Virus record (IMG/VR): IMGVR_UViG_3300003155_000137
Span: 46,629 to 110,628 of that record
Direction: 5' to 3' (one strand)
DNA from: a virus
Lineage: Duplodnaviria; Heunggongvirae; Uroviricota; Caudoviricetes
DNA length: 64,000 bases
Shown here: in pieces, positions 19,764-28,247 of the stretch
Position numbering within the stretch: position 1 is the stretch's first letter
Layout of the letters: every line of letters starts with the position of its first letter
The notes under the pieces: model-generated
What the model saw: the letters and a program-made list of their open reading frames with translations, nothing else
Databases searched by the model: none
What the model was told of the DNA's origin: nothing
Made by a program: the position numbers and the translations under genes

Positions 19764-20325
19764 TGGTGATCGCGCATTGTCGGGTAAGCGGAGCGACCAT
19801 GAGCTGGCCCGCGTCAAGCGGGCCGCCTTGTTGTACAGACGGTGGAGGAGGGAGGGAGTGACCCAATCGACCATAGCGTCCGAGGTGGGGAGGTCTCGGG
19901 TGTGGGTGAACAGGGAACTTCGGTGGTACTCGACCGAGACCTCGGAGGGCAGACGCGCCCGCAAGCGTTACGACGCCATTGAGGTGCGAAAACGGGACGA
20001 GGCGGTATCGAAGAGCGACATCAACAAGGCCAGAACCGCTGGCAGATACCGTCTCGCCGCGCTTGACGTCATCAATGGAATGACGGTCAAGGAGGTCGCC
20101 CACAAATACGGACGGTCGTACCAGACGATGATACGCGGACTGAAGATGCTCTCCGACACCGACCCCCAACTGTATCAGGAGTATGTCAAGGCCAACCGTT
20201 CACACAGATTCGGATGGAACAGGAGGAAAAGCGGTGACAATGAGAATGACGAGGCTCGTGACGCCGAACGACATAAATCGGATCACGTTCACGACGACGT
20301 CGACGCTGATTCACGATTGGTATAA
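19764..20325 (+). CDS. Protein with two helix-turn-helix motifs (regulator or possible small terminase)
   Basis: HTH-like GVTQSTIASEVGRSRVWVNRELRWY and GMTVKEVAHKYGRSYQTMIRGLKML. The start is uncertain. Confidence 0.3.
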
Positions 20326-20596
20326 CGCAGACGAAGTCGACGCATTCCTCGAATGCGTGGCTACCACGCTCGACACCTTGCACGATTACGCTTCCCGGAA
20401 CGATGTGACGTCCTCGATGATGCGCCGTTCCGACGTTGATGCCGCCGAGTTCCGCTATCGCGGGAACTGGTACAGAGCCGATGATGTGGACGATTTCCTT
20501 GATCGTTGCGCCGATGACGTGTTCTGCCTTGGCAACATCTGTCTCTCGCTGACGGGGTCGTCCGAATCGACCGCGAACATGCTGAAGGCGGCGTGA
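20183..20596 (+). CDS. DivIVA-motif-containing protein (two repeats)
   Basis: YNADEVDAFLECVA and YRADDVDDFLDRCA. Confidence 0.3.
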   Translation: MSRPTVHTDSDGTGGKAVTMRMTRLVTPNDINRITFTTTSTLIHDWYNADEVDAFLECVATTLDTLHDYASRNDVTSSMMRRSDVDAAEFRYRGNWYRADDVDDFLDRCADDVFCLGNICLSLTGSSESTANMLKAA

Positions 20597-21093
20597 CGAT
20601 GGCGAACCAGATACAGCGCTTGTCCTTCGAGTACGGAACCGTGCAGTCCGTGAATACGTCCACCATGCAGTGCGTCCTCATGACGCCGCTTGGAAGGAAG
20701 GACGTCCGCATACCGTCCGGTGCTTCGGTTGTCGTGATTCCTGCGGTCGGTGAGTGTTGGAAGTTCTACCGGGACGGGCGCGAAAGCGTCCTCTACGACC
20801 GGGTGTCTTCGTCCGACTCCGAATCGTCCGGCGTGTTTCAGGGCGACATGCTGGTCGACCAGCACGGTACGTTGAGGGTGTCGGCTCAGGTGGTCGACGT
20901 CATCGACGAGCACGGCGAGACGTTCAATCCGATAACCGGAACGATGAATCCCAATCGTTCCGAGTCAACCAGGGTGTACGCGGTGTCCTCCGAGAATGAC
21001 GGCAAGTCCATCGACGGGCGCGACGTCGTTGCGCCATGTCTTCTGGCGGTGGTGTCGCAGGATGGGGTGAATATGGTCTGGAGGGCGGAATGA
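20593..21093 (+). CDS. Hypothetical protein
   Basis: ORF. Confidence 0.3.
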   Translation: MTMANQIQRLSFEYGTVQSVNTSTMQCVLMTPLGRKDVRIPSGASVVVIPAVGECWKFYRDGRESVLYDRVSSSDSESSGVFQGDMLVDQHGTLRVSAQVVDVIDEHGETFNPITGTMNPNRSESTRVYAVSSENDGKSIDGRDVVAPCLLAVVSQDGVNMVWRAE

Positions 21094-21431
21094 CTTCGCC
21101 GTATGAGATACTGCGTGAATCCACCGATGGATACACCGCCGAATCGGTGGATGCCGCAATACGCGAGCTGTCGTCCCAACTGTCCAGATCGGAATCCGAC
21201 AGGGTTGGTCTCTCCGGAGAGATATCCAGGCTGTCCCAGCGGGTGCAGACTCTGGAAAGGCAATTGGACATAGCCCTTGCGAAACTCGACAGGTCGATAG
21301 AGCAGAGGTTCTCGTCGGTGGACTCGATGAACCAGTACGCCTTCACCGACAGACCTGCGATATGCGATGGCCATGTGTATGAGTATGATGGTGACAGGTG
21401 GGTGATGGTCGATGAACGACTTTCGGATTGA
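21090..21431 (+). CDS. Hypothetical coiled-coil protein
   Basis: ATGA overlap with the upstream stop. Confidence 0.3.
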   Translation: MTSPYEILRESTDGYTAESVDAAIRELSSQLSRSESDRVGLSGEISRLSQRVQTLERQLDIALAKLDRSIEQRFSSVDSMNQYAFTDRPAICDGHVYEYDGDRWVMVDERLSD

Positions 21432-21592
21432 CGTGTCGCCAAGGCTGTCGTTTGGCCCGTTCGTTCTCAGGTCAAGCTATGCCGAGACCGTCGCCGACCT
21501 CCTCTCCAAGCTGATGGTGGCGCAGCAGCAGATCGACGTGCTGAGCCGAGACAACGCCAGGATGAGAGCTGAAATCGAAAGGGTGATGGACA

Positions 21593-22609
21593 ATGCCAAG
21601 CCGTGGAACAAAGGGGCTTCTTGCGGGCCTGACCCCGGAGATGCTGCTTGACGTCGAGCAGGAGTCCAAGGGGATACCGTTCGAGCCGATGGAGTTCTTC
21701 GAGTCCGACAGGTACTGCGGCATGAACCTGTATCCGATGCAGCGCCTTCTCCTGAAGATCATCAATCTCTACGAGGACTATACCGACCGTGAGAACCAGC
21801 TCATCGACCAATGGACGTCGACGTACTGTGATCGTGGATACCGTGTCGGCATCGTATCCGACGTCCGTGAGCGCATCCGCATTCTCAGGAGGAATGGGTA
21901 CAAGGCGTTCAACCAGATCATCCTGATACTTGGTCGAAGGGCATCCAAGACCACGCTGTGCGGTGCCCAATGGGCGCTTCATGACGCCCAACTCCTTTCC
22001 GAGGGGATTCCGAGGGTTTCCGACACCAGCAAACAGGATGACATCACCTACGGCATAGCGATGGCGACGACCGCCCAGCAGGCGCAGGAGTCGATCTTCG
22101 CAAGCTATTACCGGACGGTGGCGAATTGCCCTTGGTTCTCCAAGTACATCAAGCGAGTAACCCCGTTCGAGATCACCTACCAGACGCTTGAGGACAAGCT
22201 CAAGACGGTGGATATGATCGAGTCCGGAATCAACGTCGAACGCGAGCCGGTGAGCATGGTGTGCCGCCCCATCAGCTCCAACTCCGATTCCATCAGAGGT
22301 CGTCCTGTTGTTGACTTCTGCCTTGGCGAGGATTCCCTTGTCCGCATGTCTGACGGATCGGTAATGCGAATCGCCGACTTGTCCGTCGGAGACCACGTTT
22401 CCGCATTCAATGAGAATAATCCGAGTGTCCCCGAAGACGCAGAGGTGCTGGCGGTACATCATCTCAGGAAGCCGACGAAGCGTATATGGTTCGATGATGG
22501 AACATATATTGACGCGACCGACGAACACAGGTTCGTCAATGGTGATGGCGACTGGGTGGAGGTCAGGGACATGAGGCCCGGAGACACGATAATGGAGGGT
22601 GGTGAGTGA
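21593..22609 (+). CDS. Terminase large subunit N-terminal part (Walker A ATPase) fused to an intein N-terminal half
   Basis: TerL-type Walker A LGRRASKTT; the extein ends ...RPVVDF. Hint-N runs from C at 22319 (CLGEDSLV block A, ATDEH block B) to the stop at 22607-22609. Confidence 0.55.
   Translation: MPSRGTKGLLAGLTPEMLLDVEQESKGIPFEPMEFFESDRYCGMNLYPMQRLLLKIINLYEDYTDRENQLIDQWTSTYCDRGYRVGIVSDVRERIRILRRNGYKAFNQIILILGRRASKTTLCGAQWALHDAQLLSEGIPRVSDTSKQDDITYGIAMATTAQQAQESIFASYYRTVANCPWFSKYIKRVTPFEITYQTLEDKLKTVDMIESGINVEREPVSMVCRPISSNSDSIRGRPVVDFCLGEDSLVRMSDGSVMRIADLSVGDHVSAFNENNPSVPEDAEVLAVHHLRKPTKRIWFDDGTYIDATDEHRFVNGDGDWVEVRDMRPGDTIMEGGE
22319..22606 (+). other. Intein N-terminal half (Hint-N) of a split or fractured intein
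   Basis: Blocks A and B are present and the ORF stops right after Hint-N. Confidence 0.5.
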
Positions 22610-23589
22610 GCGTTTTGTCTGCTACTACGTATCGCGGCGTGAGAGTCGATGAGTCATTGATGCGGTGCCTTGAGTGCGATAGGTCGTTTTCGTCACTGGG
22701 AGGGCTGAGAAGGCATGCCGCCGGGCCTCGGCACAAGAATGGGTCGTCTCAGTGCGATGTGTGCGGAAAGCGATTCGACACACCAACCGGGGCGAGAATG
22801 CACATGCGCGTCCACAACATCGAGCTGAACGAACACGGTGAGCGCTCAGACGGTCCATTCGTGTGTAGCGTTTGCGGTAGAGAGTTCACGTCACTGCGAG
22901 GTCTTGGCAGCCACATCAGATATCATGACCCAAACTATCGCGAGTGGCGTCGTGGACTGCATTTCGGGAGGCAGATGAGCGCAGAGTCGAAAGAAAAGAT
23001 GCGCCAGACTCAGCTCAGGAAGTACAGTGATCCGGAGTTCTCAAAGCGAATGGCGGACTCGAAGAGAACGGTGGCCTCCAGAGCCAGGTACAGCGCCGCC
23101 AGAAGGCGTGTGATTGATGGCTATGATGACCAGCGTCTAATCGACCTGTCAAGGATGGCAATGGGAAATCTCGTGAGAACGATGTCTGGGGATTCCCGTG
23201 GCCATAGGAGCGTCCACCATTCGCAGAAGGCTGGTGACATCCATTGTGATTCCGACCTTGAGCTGAGATTCTGTCGAGACCTGGACGGGTTCGACAACGT
23301 GTTCGCTTATGGCAGATGTGACGACTGTATCGTGTATTCGTTCGATGGCAGGAGACACGTCTACAACCCAGACTTCTGTGTTCAGACCGACGAGGGCACG
23401 GTGATTGTTGAGATCAAGGGTGCAGACTCCGACCAGGTCAGGGCAAAGATGGATGCGGCGGTCGAGTATTATCGCAGATTGGGGCTTGAATATGTCCTCA
23501 TGTTTGAAGGCGATATCGAACGCTGTGAAGAACGTGGAAGATTCATGTATGGAGGAGGTGGTGCAGATGAAGCGGATTGCAAGGATTGA
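22606..23589 (+). CDS. Free-standing homing endonuclease (3 C2H2 fingers + NUMOD-like repeats + PD-(D/E)xK), copy 3, between the intein halves
   Basis: The GTG start overlaps the upstream stop (GTGA) and lies in a different frame from the intein. C2H2 fingers are CLECDRSF..H, CDVCGKRF..H and CSVCGREF..H. The nuclease motif is YNPDFCV...VEIK. Confidence 0.6.
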   Translation: MSVLSATTYRGVRVDESLMRCLECDRSFSSLGGLRRHAAGPRHKNGSSQCDVCGKRFDTPTGARMHMRVHNIELNEHGERSDGPFVCSVCGREFTSLRGLGSHIRYHDPNYREWRRGLHFGRQMSAESKEKMRQTQLRKYSDPEFSKRMADSKRTVASRARYSAARRRVIDGYDDQRLIDLSRMAMGNLVRTMSGDSRGHRSVHHSQKAGDIHCDSDLELRFCRDLDGFDNVFAYGRCDDCIVYSFDGRRHVYNPDFCVQTDEGTVIVEIKGADSDQVRAKMDAAVEYYRRLGLEYVLMFEGDIERCEERGRFMYGGGGADEADCKD

Positions 23590-23680
23590 GAACATCGGTG
23601 ACGCCGACGTCGTTGACATAACGACGAGTACGCACACGTTCATAGCCAATGGACTCAAGACCCACAACTGCTTCGATTAG
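23567..23680 (+). CDS. Intein C-terminal half (Hint-C) followed by only 3 extein residues (CFD) before a stop
   Basis: MKRIARIENIGDADVVDITTSTHTFIANGLKTHN|CFD* carries blocks F and G. Its ATG lies inside the 3' end of the HEG ORF. Confidence 0.5.
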   Translation: MKRIARIENIGDADVVDITTSTHTFIANGLKTHNCFD

Positions 23681-23700
23681 CGGACGAGGCGTTTTTCTCG

Positions 23701-24162
23701 TTGGCTGGAAACTCGTCAAGGTCGGGTGACAGGGCCATATCGGCCATACTGCCGGCCACGCAGACGTTCGGCAAGGACAGGCTTGTCATGTTCCCCTCGT
23801 CTCCGTGGACGAGGTCCGGAAGGGTCTACAGGGCATATCTCCAAGGCGACATGTCCGTGGTCGATGAAATGGACGACGATGAAAAAGAAAATTTGGAATC
23901 GCTGGAGAGGGCTAGGGCCGACGTGCAGTCGGCTATGGCGTCGGACCCGTCGATTCTTGTTGTCCAACTTGAGTCGTGGCGTCTGTACGAAGACTGGAGT
24001 CTGGGTTCGTATGTGCCGACCTATCATTCAGGATGGTCCCCGAAACGACTGACGCTCCAGGACGAATCCGGAAGGGTCATGACCGTCGACGCGGAGACGA
24101 ACGCCGAGGTTGGAGACTTGGTGAATATCGACGACAAGGAGGAAGAGAATGTCGAATCATGA
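23701..24162 (+). CDS. Terminase large subunit C-terminal fragment (Walker B/motif III region), in a different frame from Hint-C
   Basis: An open frame from 23617 reads ...ADEAFFSLAGN...VMFPSSPWT (DE Walker B and S-S-P coupling motif), continuing the RPVVDF extein logic. There is no ATG; TTG lies at 23701. Confidence 0.4.
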   Translation: MAGNSSRSGDRAISAILPATQTFGKDRLVMFPSSPWTRSGRVYRAYLQGDMSVVDEMDDDEKENLESLERARADVQSAMASDPSILVVQLESWRLYEDWSLGSYVPTYHSGWSPKRLTLQDESGRVMTVDAETNAEVGDLVNIDDKEEENVES

Positions 24163-24394
24163 AAATCATGGTGGGCCGTTCATAGTGACGGGGAGACACG
24201 AATACTCGCCGTTCTACGGGCGGACGCTGTTCTCGTCGTGGGATATCGATGTGGCGCGTGATGCAGCCATCAGGATAGCCGTTTCGGACCCGTCGTACAG
24301 GTCCGTGTCTTTGTCCCGTGGCGGTGAGACCATCATGACGGTGAACAGAAGACGCCACAGGTTCGGGCACACATTCGACATGTTGTGGAGGTGA
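24149..24394 (+). CDS. Hypothetical protein
   Basis: ORF. Confidence 0.25.
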   Translation: MSNHENHGGPFIVTGRHEYSPFYGRTLFSSWDIDVARDAAIRIAVSDPSYRSVSLSRGGETIMTVNRRRHRFGHTFDMLWR

Positions 24395-24503
24395 TGTCGA
24401 TGACTTCTAGAAAGCGCACGACGAGGCTACAGATGGTGCTGGTGGTTCTCGCCGCCTACGCATTCGGCGTTTTGGTGGAGAAGATGGCGGAAAGGATTTT
24501 CGG

Positions 24504-24722
24504 ATGAAGCACGCAATGGCCCATGAGCCGCGAAGGATTGATGTAAGCGTTAACGCATCGGCCGACGGTGATGGGGTGGTGCAGCTCGTCGTGTCGCTTG
24601 AAGACGATGGAATCCTCCCCGTCCGCATGGATTCGGAGTCGGCCAAGACGCTCGGCATCGCCCTGATAGAGGGGGCGGTCAAGTCGACCATGAAGACGCA
24701 GGTGGCCGACAATGGGGACTAA
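24504..24722 (+). CDS. Hypothetical protein
   Basis: ORF. Confidence 0.25.
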   Translation: MKHAMAHEPRRIDVSVNASADGDGVVQLVVSLEDDGILPVRMDSESAKTLGIALIEGAVKSTMKTQVADNGD

Positions 24723-25125
24723 CTACTATCTGCGTGAGCGCAAGCCCTACCGTACCGTTGTCACGTATGAGGGCGACCCTATCGACGGCAAGATCCTGAA
24801 CCGCGAGGAGCAGTACCGTGAATGCCATCTCTGCAAGCTGTCGTGGGGATGGCTTCCGCACATGGCGTGCGACCCGATATCCACCATCGGCGTGTCGTTC
24901 CGTTCCCTCAGGTCGATGGTGGAGTATGCGGCCCAGCATCCCGAGATGGCGATAGTCGACGAGTGCGGGGAGGAGCATGCGCTCTCCGAATTTAGCGACA
25001 TGGTGAGGCGATGGGGTCATGATGGCTTCGGATGCCCCAAGGACGCCCCTCCCCACGACCACCTCGGATTGCGCAGCTGGGTGGACGACGAGGGGTTCGA
25101 GTTCTCGGCCGTGGAGTTCTACTAG
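24712..25125 (+). CDS. Hypothetical protein
   Basis: ORF whose stop TAG sits inside the ACTAGAAACGCC repeat. Confidence 0.3.
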   Translation: MGTNYYLRERKPYRTVVTYEGDPIDGKILNREEQYRECHLCKLSWGWLPHMACDPISTIGVSFRSLRSMVEYAAQHPEMAIVDECGEEHALSEFSDMVRRWGHDGFGCPKDAPPHDHLGLRSWVDDEGFEFSAVEFY

Positions 25126-25132
25126 AAACGCC
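25117..25132 (+). repeat. Direct repeat GTTCTACTAGAAACGCC (left copy) flanking the IS remnant
   Basis: It matches 26869-26884, GTTCACTAGAAACGCC (12/12 core identity). A related CTAGAAAGCGC also occurs at 24407. Confidence 0.5.
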
Positions 25133-25387
25133 CTTGAGGCTGTTGACGAGCGATGAGAGTTGGATTGTCGCGGGGAAGGTGACCAGCAGGTGTACGTGGT
25201 CTTCCTCGCCGTTGAACTCATCCAAGGTGCATCCGAATTTCTCGCAGACGTTCCGCATGATGGTTTCGCAGTCTTCGAGGATGGGTTGCGTGAATGCTCC
25301 ACGCCGATATTTTGTCACGAACACCAAATGCGCGTGACAATCCCAAACCGCATGCCTTCCCTTACGTATCTGACCATCGTTTTGCAT
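25133..25387 (-). pseudogene. tnpA: IS200/IS605 TnpA (Y1 HUH transposase), 3'-truncated so the catalytic Tyr region is lost
   Basis: MQNDGQIRKGRHAVWDCHAHLVFVTKYRRGAF...EEDHVHLLVTFPATIQLSSLVNSLKGVSSR, then the junction. The HUH motif is HVHLL. Confidence 0.5.
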
Positions 25388-25396
25388 GACACCAAG

Positions 25397-25402
25397 TATA
25401 AT
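25397..25402 (+). promoter_or_regulatory. TATAAT -10 box upstream of tnpB, in the divergent tnpA/tnpB intergenic region
   Basis: AGTATAATGAG, 25 nt before the ATG, with the RBS TGGAGG. Confidence 0.3.
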
Positions 25403-25426
25403 GAGAGATGTCTGGAGGTGAATTGA

Positions 25427-26689
25427 ATGACACTCGATGAAGTCGGTATCGCCGAACGGAACAAACGCATAGGCGAATCCCGCAAGGTCACGAAGCTGCG
25501 GCGTAAACATCAGGTGTGCCGCGCGTTCACCTGCAAAATCGACTACTGGAAGCTCAAAGCCGAACAGCGGGAAGCCCTGTCCCAATTGTTCTTGGATGCG
25601 AAGCGCCTTTACAACGACTGCGTCACGTCCGAGGACGTGTTCTCCTACACACCTGCCCGCGTCGTGAACGTGAGGATGAAGGACGGGAGCTTCAGGCAAA
25701 GGGAACTCGCCCGTATCGGCGTCCAGACCATGCAGGGCGTCATCCAACAGGCCAAGGACAACATTCGCGGACTGTCCAAGCTCAAGGAGAAAGGGTACAA
25801 GGTCGGCGGACTCAAACCGGTCAAATGCTTCAACAGCATCCCGTTGAAGCAACCCGGACGAACCTACCGGCTGAACGGCAACTACATCCATGTCGAGCGC
25901 ATACCCGGCGTGATGCATCTGACCGGGGTGAAGCAGCTCAAGGGCTGGGAGATAGGTCCGGCGAAACTTCTCCGCAAGGCAAGCGGCTACTATGTCGCGT
26001 TCTCCTGCTTCAAGGACAAAATGGAATACGATGAGGGCAAGACCTACAATCCGCCGCCAGCAATACCCATCGGTGGGGTTGACGCCGGGCTGAAGGATGA
26101 AATCACCGAATCCGACGGAACGAAGACCACACGCCGCTATCCGGACACCACCAAACTCCGCTACTGGCAGCGGCGCATGAGCAAACGCGACAGGAACACC
26201 AACAACTGGCGGGAGGCGAACCGCCAATACCGCAAGGAACAGGACAGGCTCAAGGCGCAACGCAAGCACGCCGCCATAGAGGAGGCGCGCCGGCTGACCG
26301 GCAAATACGCGACACTCGTCATCCAAGACGAGCAAATCCACTCATGGAACAAACGCGAAGGATATGCGCGGGGCGGCAGGAAAATCCATGCCGGAATCCT
26401 CGGACGCCTATACGCGACGCTCAAACAACGACCCAATGTCATCGTCTTGGACAAGTGGCAGCCGACGACATCATGGTGCCGGTATTGCGGACGACGAACA
26501 CCATGCCCGGTAAGTCAACGCACATTCACCTGCATGTACTGCGGCGCACAGGAAGACCGCGACCAGCACGCCGCGCTCAACATGCCGGTACTCCAAGAGC
26601 AGCCACTAACCCACGTAGACCTTCGAAAACCACGGGACATCCCCATCGGGCCATACCTCGGTAACGCGCGTACCCGGAACGCCCGCTGA
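25427..26689 (+). CDS. tnpB: TnpB (OrfB; RuvC-like, RNA-guided nuclease family of IS200/IS605)
   Basis: The C-terminus has a zinc finger (CRYCGRRTPCPVSQRTFTCMYCG), a RuvC-III region and the typical K/R-rich linker. Confidence 0.75.
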   Translation: MTLDEVGIAERNKRIGESRKVTKLRRKHQVCRAFTCKIDYWKLKAEQREALSQLFLDAKRLYNDCVTSEDVFSYTPARVVNVRMKDGSFRQRELARIGVQTMQGVIQQAKDNIRGLSKLKEKGYKVGGLKPVKCFNSIPLKQPGRTYRLNGNYIHVERIPGVMHLTGVKQLKGWEIGPAKLLRKASGYYVAFSCFKDKMEYDEGKTYNPPPAIPIGGVDAGLKDEITESDGTKTTRRYPDTTKLRYWQRRMSKRDRNTNNWREANRQYRKEQDRLKAQRKHAAIEEARRLTGKYATLVIQDEQIHSWNKREGYARGGRKIHAGILGRLYATLKQRPNVIVLDKWQPTTSWCRYCGRRTPCPVSQRTFTCMYCGAQEDRDQHAALNMPVLQEQPLTHVDLRKPRDIPIGPYLGNARTRNAR

Positions 26690-26872
26690 CCCCGCAAACA
26701 CAACCCAGAAGCATAATGACGAAACAAAACCAAGACTCCCCTGTGAACAGGGGTTCGGTAGCGGTGCCAAGAACACCCCGCCCATGCATAAGACCAACAG
26801 GCATCCAGTCGGAAGCCTCACGGCAACCGGGCGAAACCCGAGAAGCCCCCGCCCTCGGGCGGAGCGTAGTTC
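26690..26872 (+). ncRNA. Candidate right-end/omega-RNA scaffold region of tnpB
   Basis: Hairpins CCCCTGTGAACAGGGG and CCCGCCCTCGGGCGG lie immediately 3' of tnpB, as expected for an IS605 right end. Confidence 0.25.
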
Positions 26873-26884
26873 ACTAGAAACGCC
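26869..26884 (+). repeat. Direct repeat GTTCACTAGAAACGCC (right copy)
   Basis: See 25117-25132. Confidence 0.5.
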
Positions 26885-26890
26885 GATACT

Positions 26891-26918
26891 TTACAAAATA
26901 TCGAATCAATGATATTAT
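26891..26918 (+). promoter_or_regulatory. Candidate sigma70-like promoter TTACAA-N16-TATTAT in an AT-rich palindromic region
   Basis: The region is AT-rich and contains the CGATACTTT/AAATATCG palindrome, 44 nt upstream of the ATG at 26962. Confidence 0.3.
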
Positions 26919-26961
26919 ATCGAAGTGTAGGGTATCAAGGACATTTGGACAGGAGTTCACT

Positions 26962-27342
26962 ATGAATCAGTATCGCCGCTATATCGTGCAGACCAAGCGG
27001 AACGATGGCCGCCGCCACATGTGGGGGTTTGTCTGTGCGTTCGACTCACGGACCGATGCCGTCATCAAGGCCGACGACATCCGTTCGGTCTACGGTTCAA
27101 GCATGTCGGTTCGTGTCATCGAGTGGTCTCCGACGAAGTTCCGCGTCGTCGTGGTGTCGGCGATTGCGGCCATCGTCTGCTGGATCCTTATGGCGCTCAT
27201 GGTGGCGTTTCCGGCGTTCGGCTCGGAGTTCCTCACCGAGTTTGTGGCGCTCGCCCTGTTCTCCGCAGTGTTCTTCATCGTCTCCGTGGTCTGGTTCTGC
27301 GCCGACGGCGACTCCGCGTTGCTTTCCGGTGATTGCCGATGA
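26962..27342 (+). CDS. Small membrane protein (2-3 transmembrane helices)
   Basis: Hydrophobic stretches VVVVSAIAAIVCWILMALMVAF and LALFSAVFFIVSVVWF. Confidence 0.4.
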   Translation: MNQYRRYIVQTKRNDGRRHMWGFVCAFDSRTDAVIKADDIRSVYGSSMSVRVIEWSPTKFRVVVVSAIAAIVCWILMALMVAFPAFGSEFLTEFVALALFSAVFFIVSVVWFCADGDSALLSGDCR

Positions 27343-27473
27343 GTCGTGACTGCGACTGGTGTGCACGGCGGTTCGGTGACGGCGGCTTGTGCATCAAGTA
27401 TCTTGGCGTTCCGGGTGCGTTCTGGATGTGCCCGGACTGCCGTAAATCCCGTGATGGAGGCCATCATGACTGA
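27339..27473 (+). CDS. Cys-rich zinc-ribbon peptide (44 aa)
   Basis: CDWC...C...CPDC. Confidence 0.3.
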   Translation: MSRDCDWCARRFGDGGLCIKYLGVPGAFWMCPDCRKSRDGGHHD

Positions 27474-27675
27474 CCTGAGCTGCCCGGTCTGCGGACATGA
27501 CGCATCGCTTGTCACGTCAAGGCGGACTAATTGGTCCTTCGGCGGCGGATATAATGAGACGACCATCTACCGCTACGAATGCGGATTGAAGCACTTCTCC
27601 GGCGACTGGTGCGAGTCCCCGACCGACGCCATAAGGTCGTACCTGAATTTCAGAAAGGAGGTGGCCGGAAACTGA
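27454..27675 (+). CDS. Cys-rich zinc-ribbon protein (73 aa)
   Basis: CPVCGH...C. Confidence 0.3.
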   Translation: MEAIMTDLSCPVCGHDASLVTSRRTNWSFGGGYNETTIYRYECGLKHFSGDWCESPTDAIRSYLNFRKEVAGN

Positions 27676-27797
27676 TGTCCGATTGCAGGATGTGCCACAG
27701 GAGCCCGGACGCCGATGTATGCGAATCGTGCAGAAGCTCCATAGATGCGTGGCAGAGGAGGATCGAGGAGTCGATGAACCAACGGAAGGAGGGGTGA
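27675..27797 (+). CDS. Cys-rich zinc-ribbon peptide (40 aa)
   Basis: CRMCH...CESC; ATGA overlap with the upstream stop. Confidence 0.3.
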   Translation: MSDCRMCHRSPDADVCESCRSSIDAWQRRIEESMNQRKEG

Positions 27798-27798
27798 C

Positions 27799-27930
27799 AT
27801 GAGGGAAGATGCTTCGGAGTGCGTGTGCGCGGTGTGCGGAGCACCATACGGCGGCGACTCGTTCAGGAACACGCTGGTGAGCGGTGCCGTGGTGTGCGAT
27901 TCGTGCGCCGATGGGAACGCCGGACATTGA
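27799..27930 (+). CDS. Cys-rich zinc-ribbon peptide (43 aa)
   Basis: CVCAVCG...CDSC. Confidence 0.3.
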   Translation: MREDASECVCAVCGAPYGGDSFRNTLVSGAVVCDSCADGNAGH

Positions 27931-27967
27931 TGCCGACGAATGCCATGTTGAAATCAACGGACAACGA

Positions 27968-28243
27968 ATGAAGGGAGTCCTGATGGACAAGAACATTGAT
28001 GATGATGAGATGGCTGTCATCGATAACAGCGACTGGGGAGACTGCGACTCGGAGGTGTCCGACCGCCTCCACACGGTTGAGGCCAACATCGACGCCCTCG
28101 ATTCCACGGTCGACCGCCTCCGTGGCAAGGTCAACGGCCTGAAGCAGAGGGTGGGGACGATGAGCTGGTGCGTCATCGCGCTGTCTGTCGTGCTCCTCGT
28201 CGACAGCGGCTGGGACCTCCTCAGCGCGGCGATGGGGCGGTGA
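27968..28243 (+). CDS. Small coiled-coil protein with a C-terminal transmembrane helix
   Basis: WCVIALSVVLLV at the C-terminus. Confidence 0.3.
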   Translation: MKGVLMDKNIDDDEMAVIDNSDWGDCDSEVSDRLHTVEANIDALDSTVDRLRGKVNGLKQRVGTMSWCVIALSVVLLVDSGWDLLSAAMGR

Positions 28244-28247
28244 CGGC

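Larger units (their letters stand above)
25133..26872. mobile_element. Decayed IS200/IS605-family element: divergent truncated tnpA (HUH Y1) and intact tnpB
   Basis: The TnpA HUH motifs are on the minus strand. TnpB has the RuvC-like domain and zinc finger. The TnpA tyrosine helix and the left end are missing. Confidence 0.5.

Noticed and set aside
23678-23680. Treating the Hint-C ORF as a normal C-extein fusion.
   Set aside because: Only three residues (CFD) follow HN before TAG. The TerL continuation is in another frame, so a simple cis-splicing intein annotation is not supported by the sequence as given.
24992-26341. A 449-aa minus ORF spanning tnpB antisense.
   Set aside because: Only its 3' 85 codons, the TnpA HUH region at 25133-25387, look like real protein. 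The rest is an antisense artefact of tnpB.
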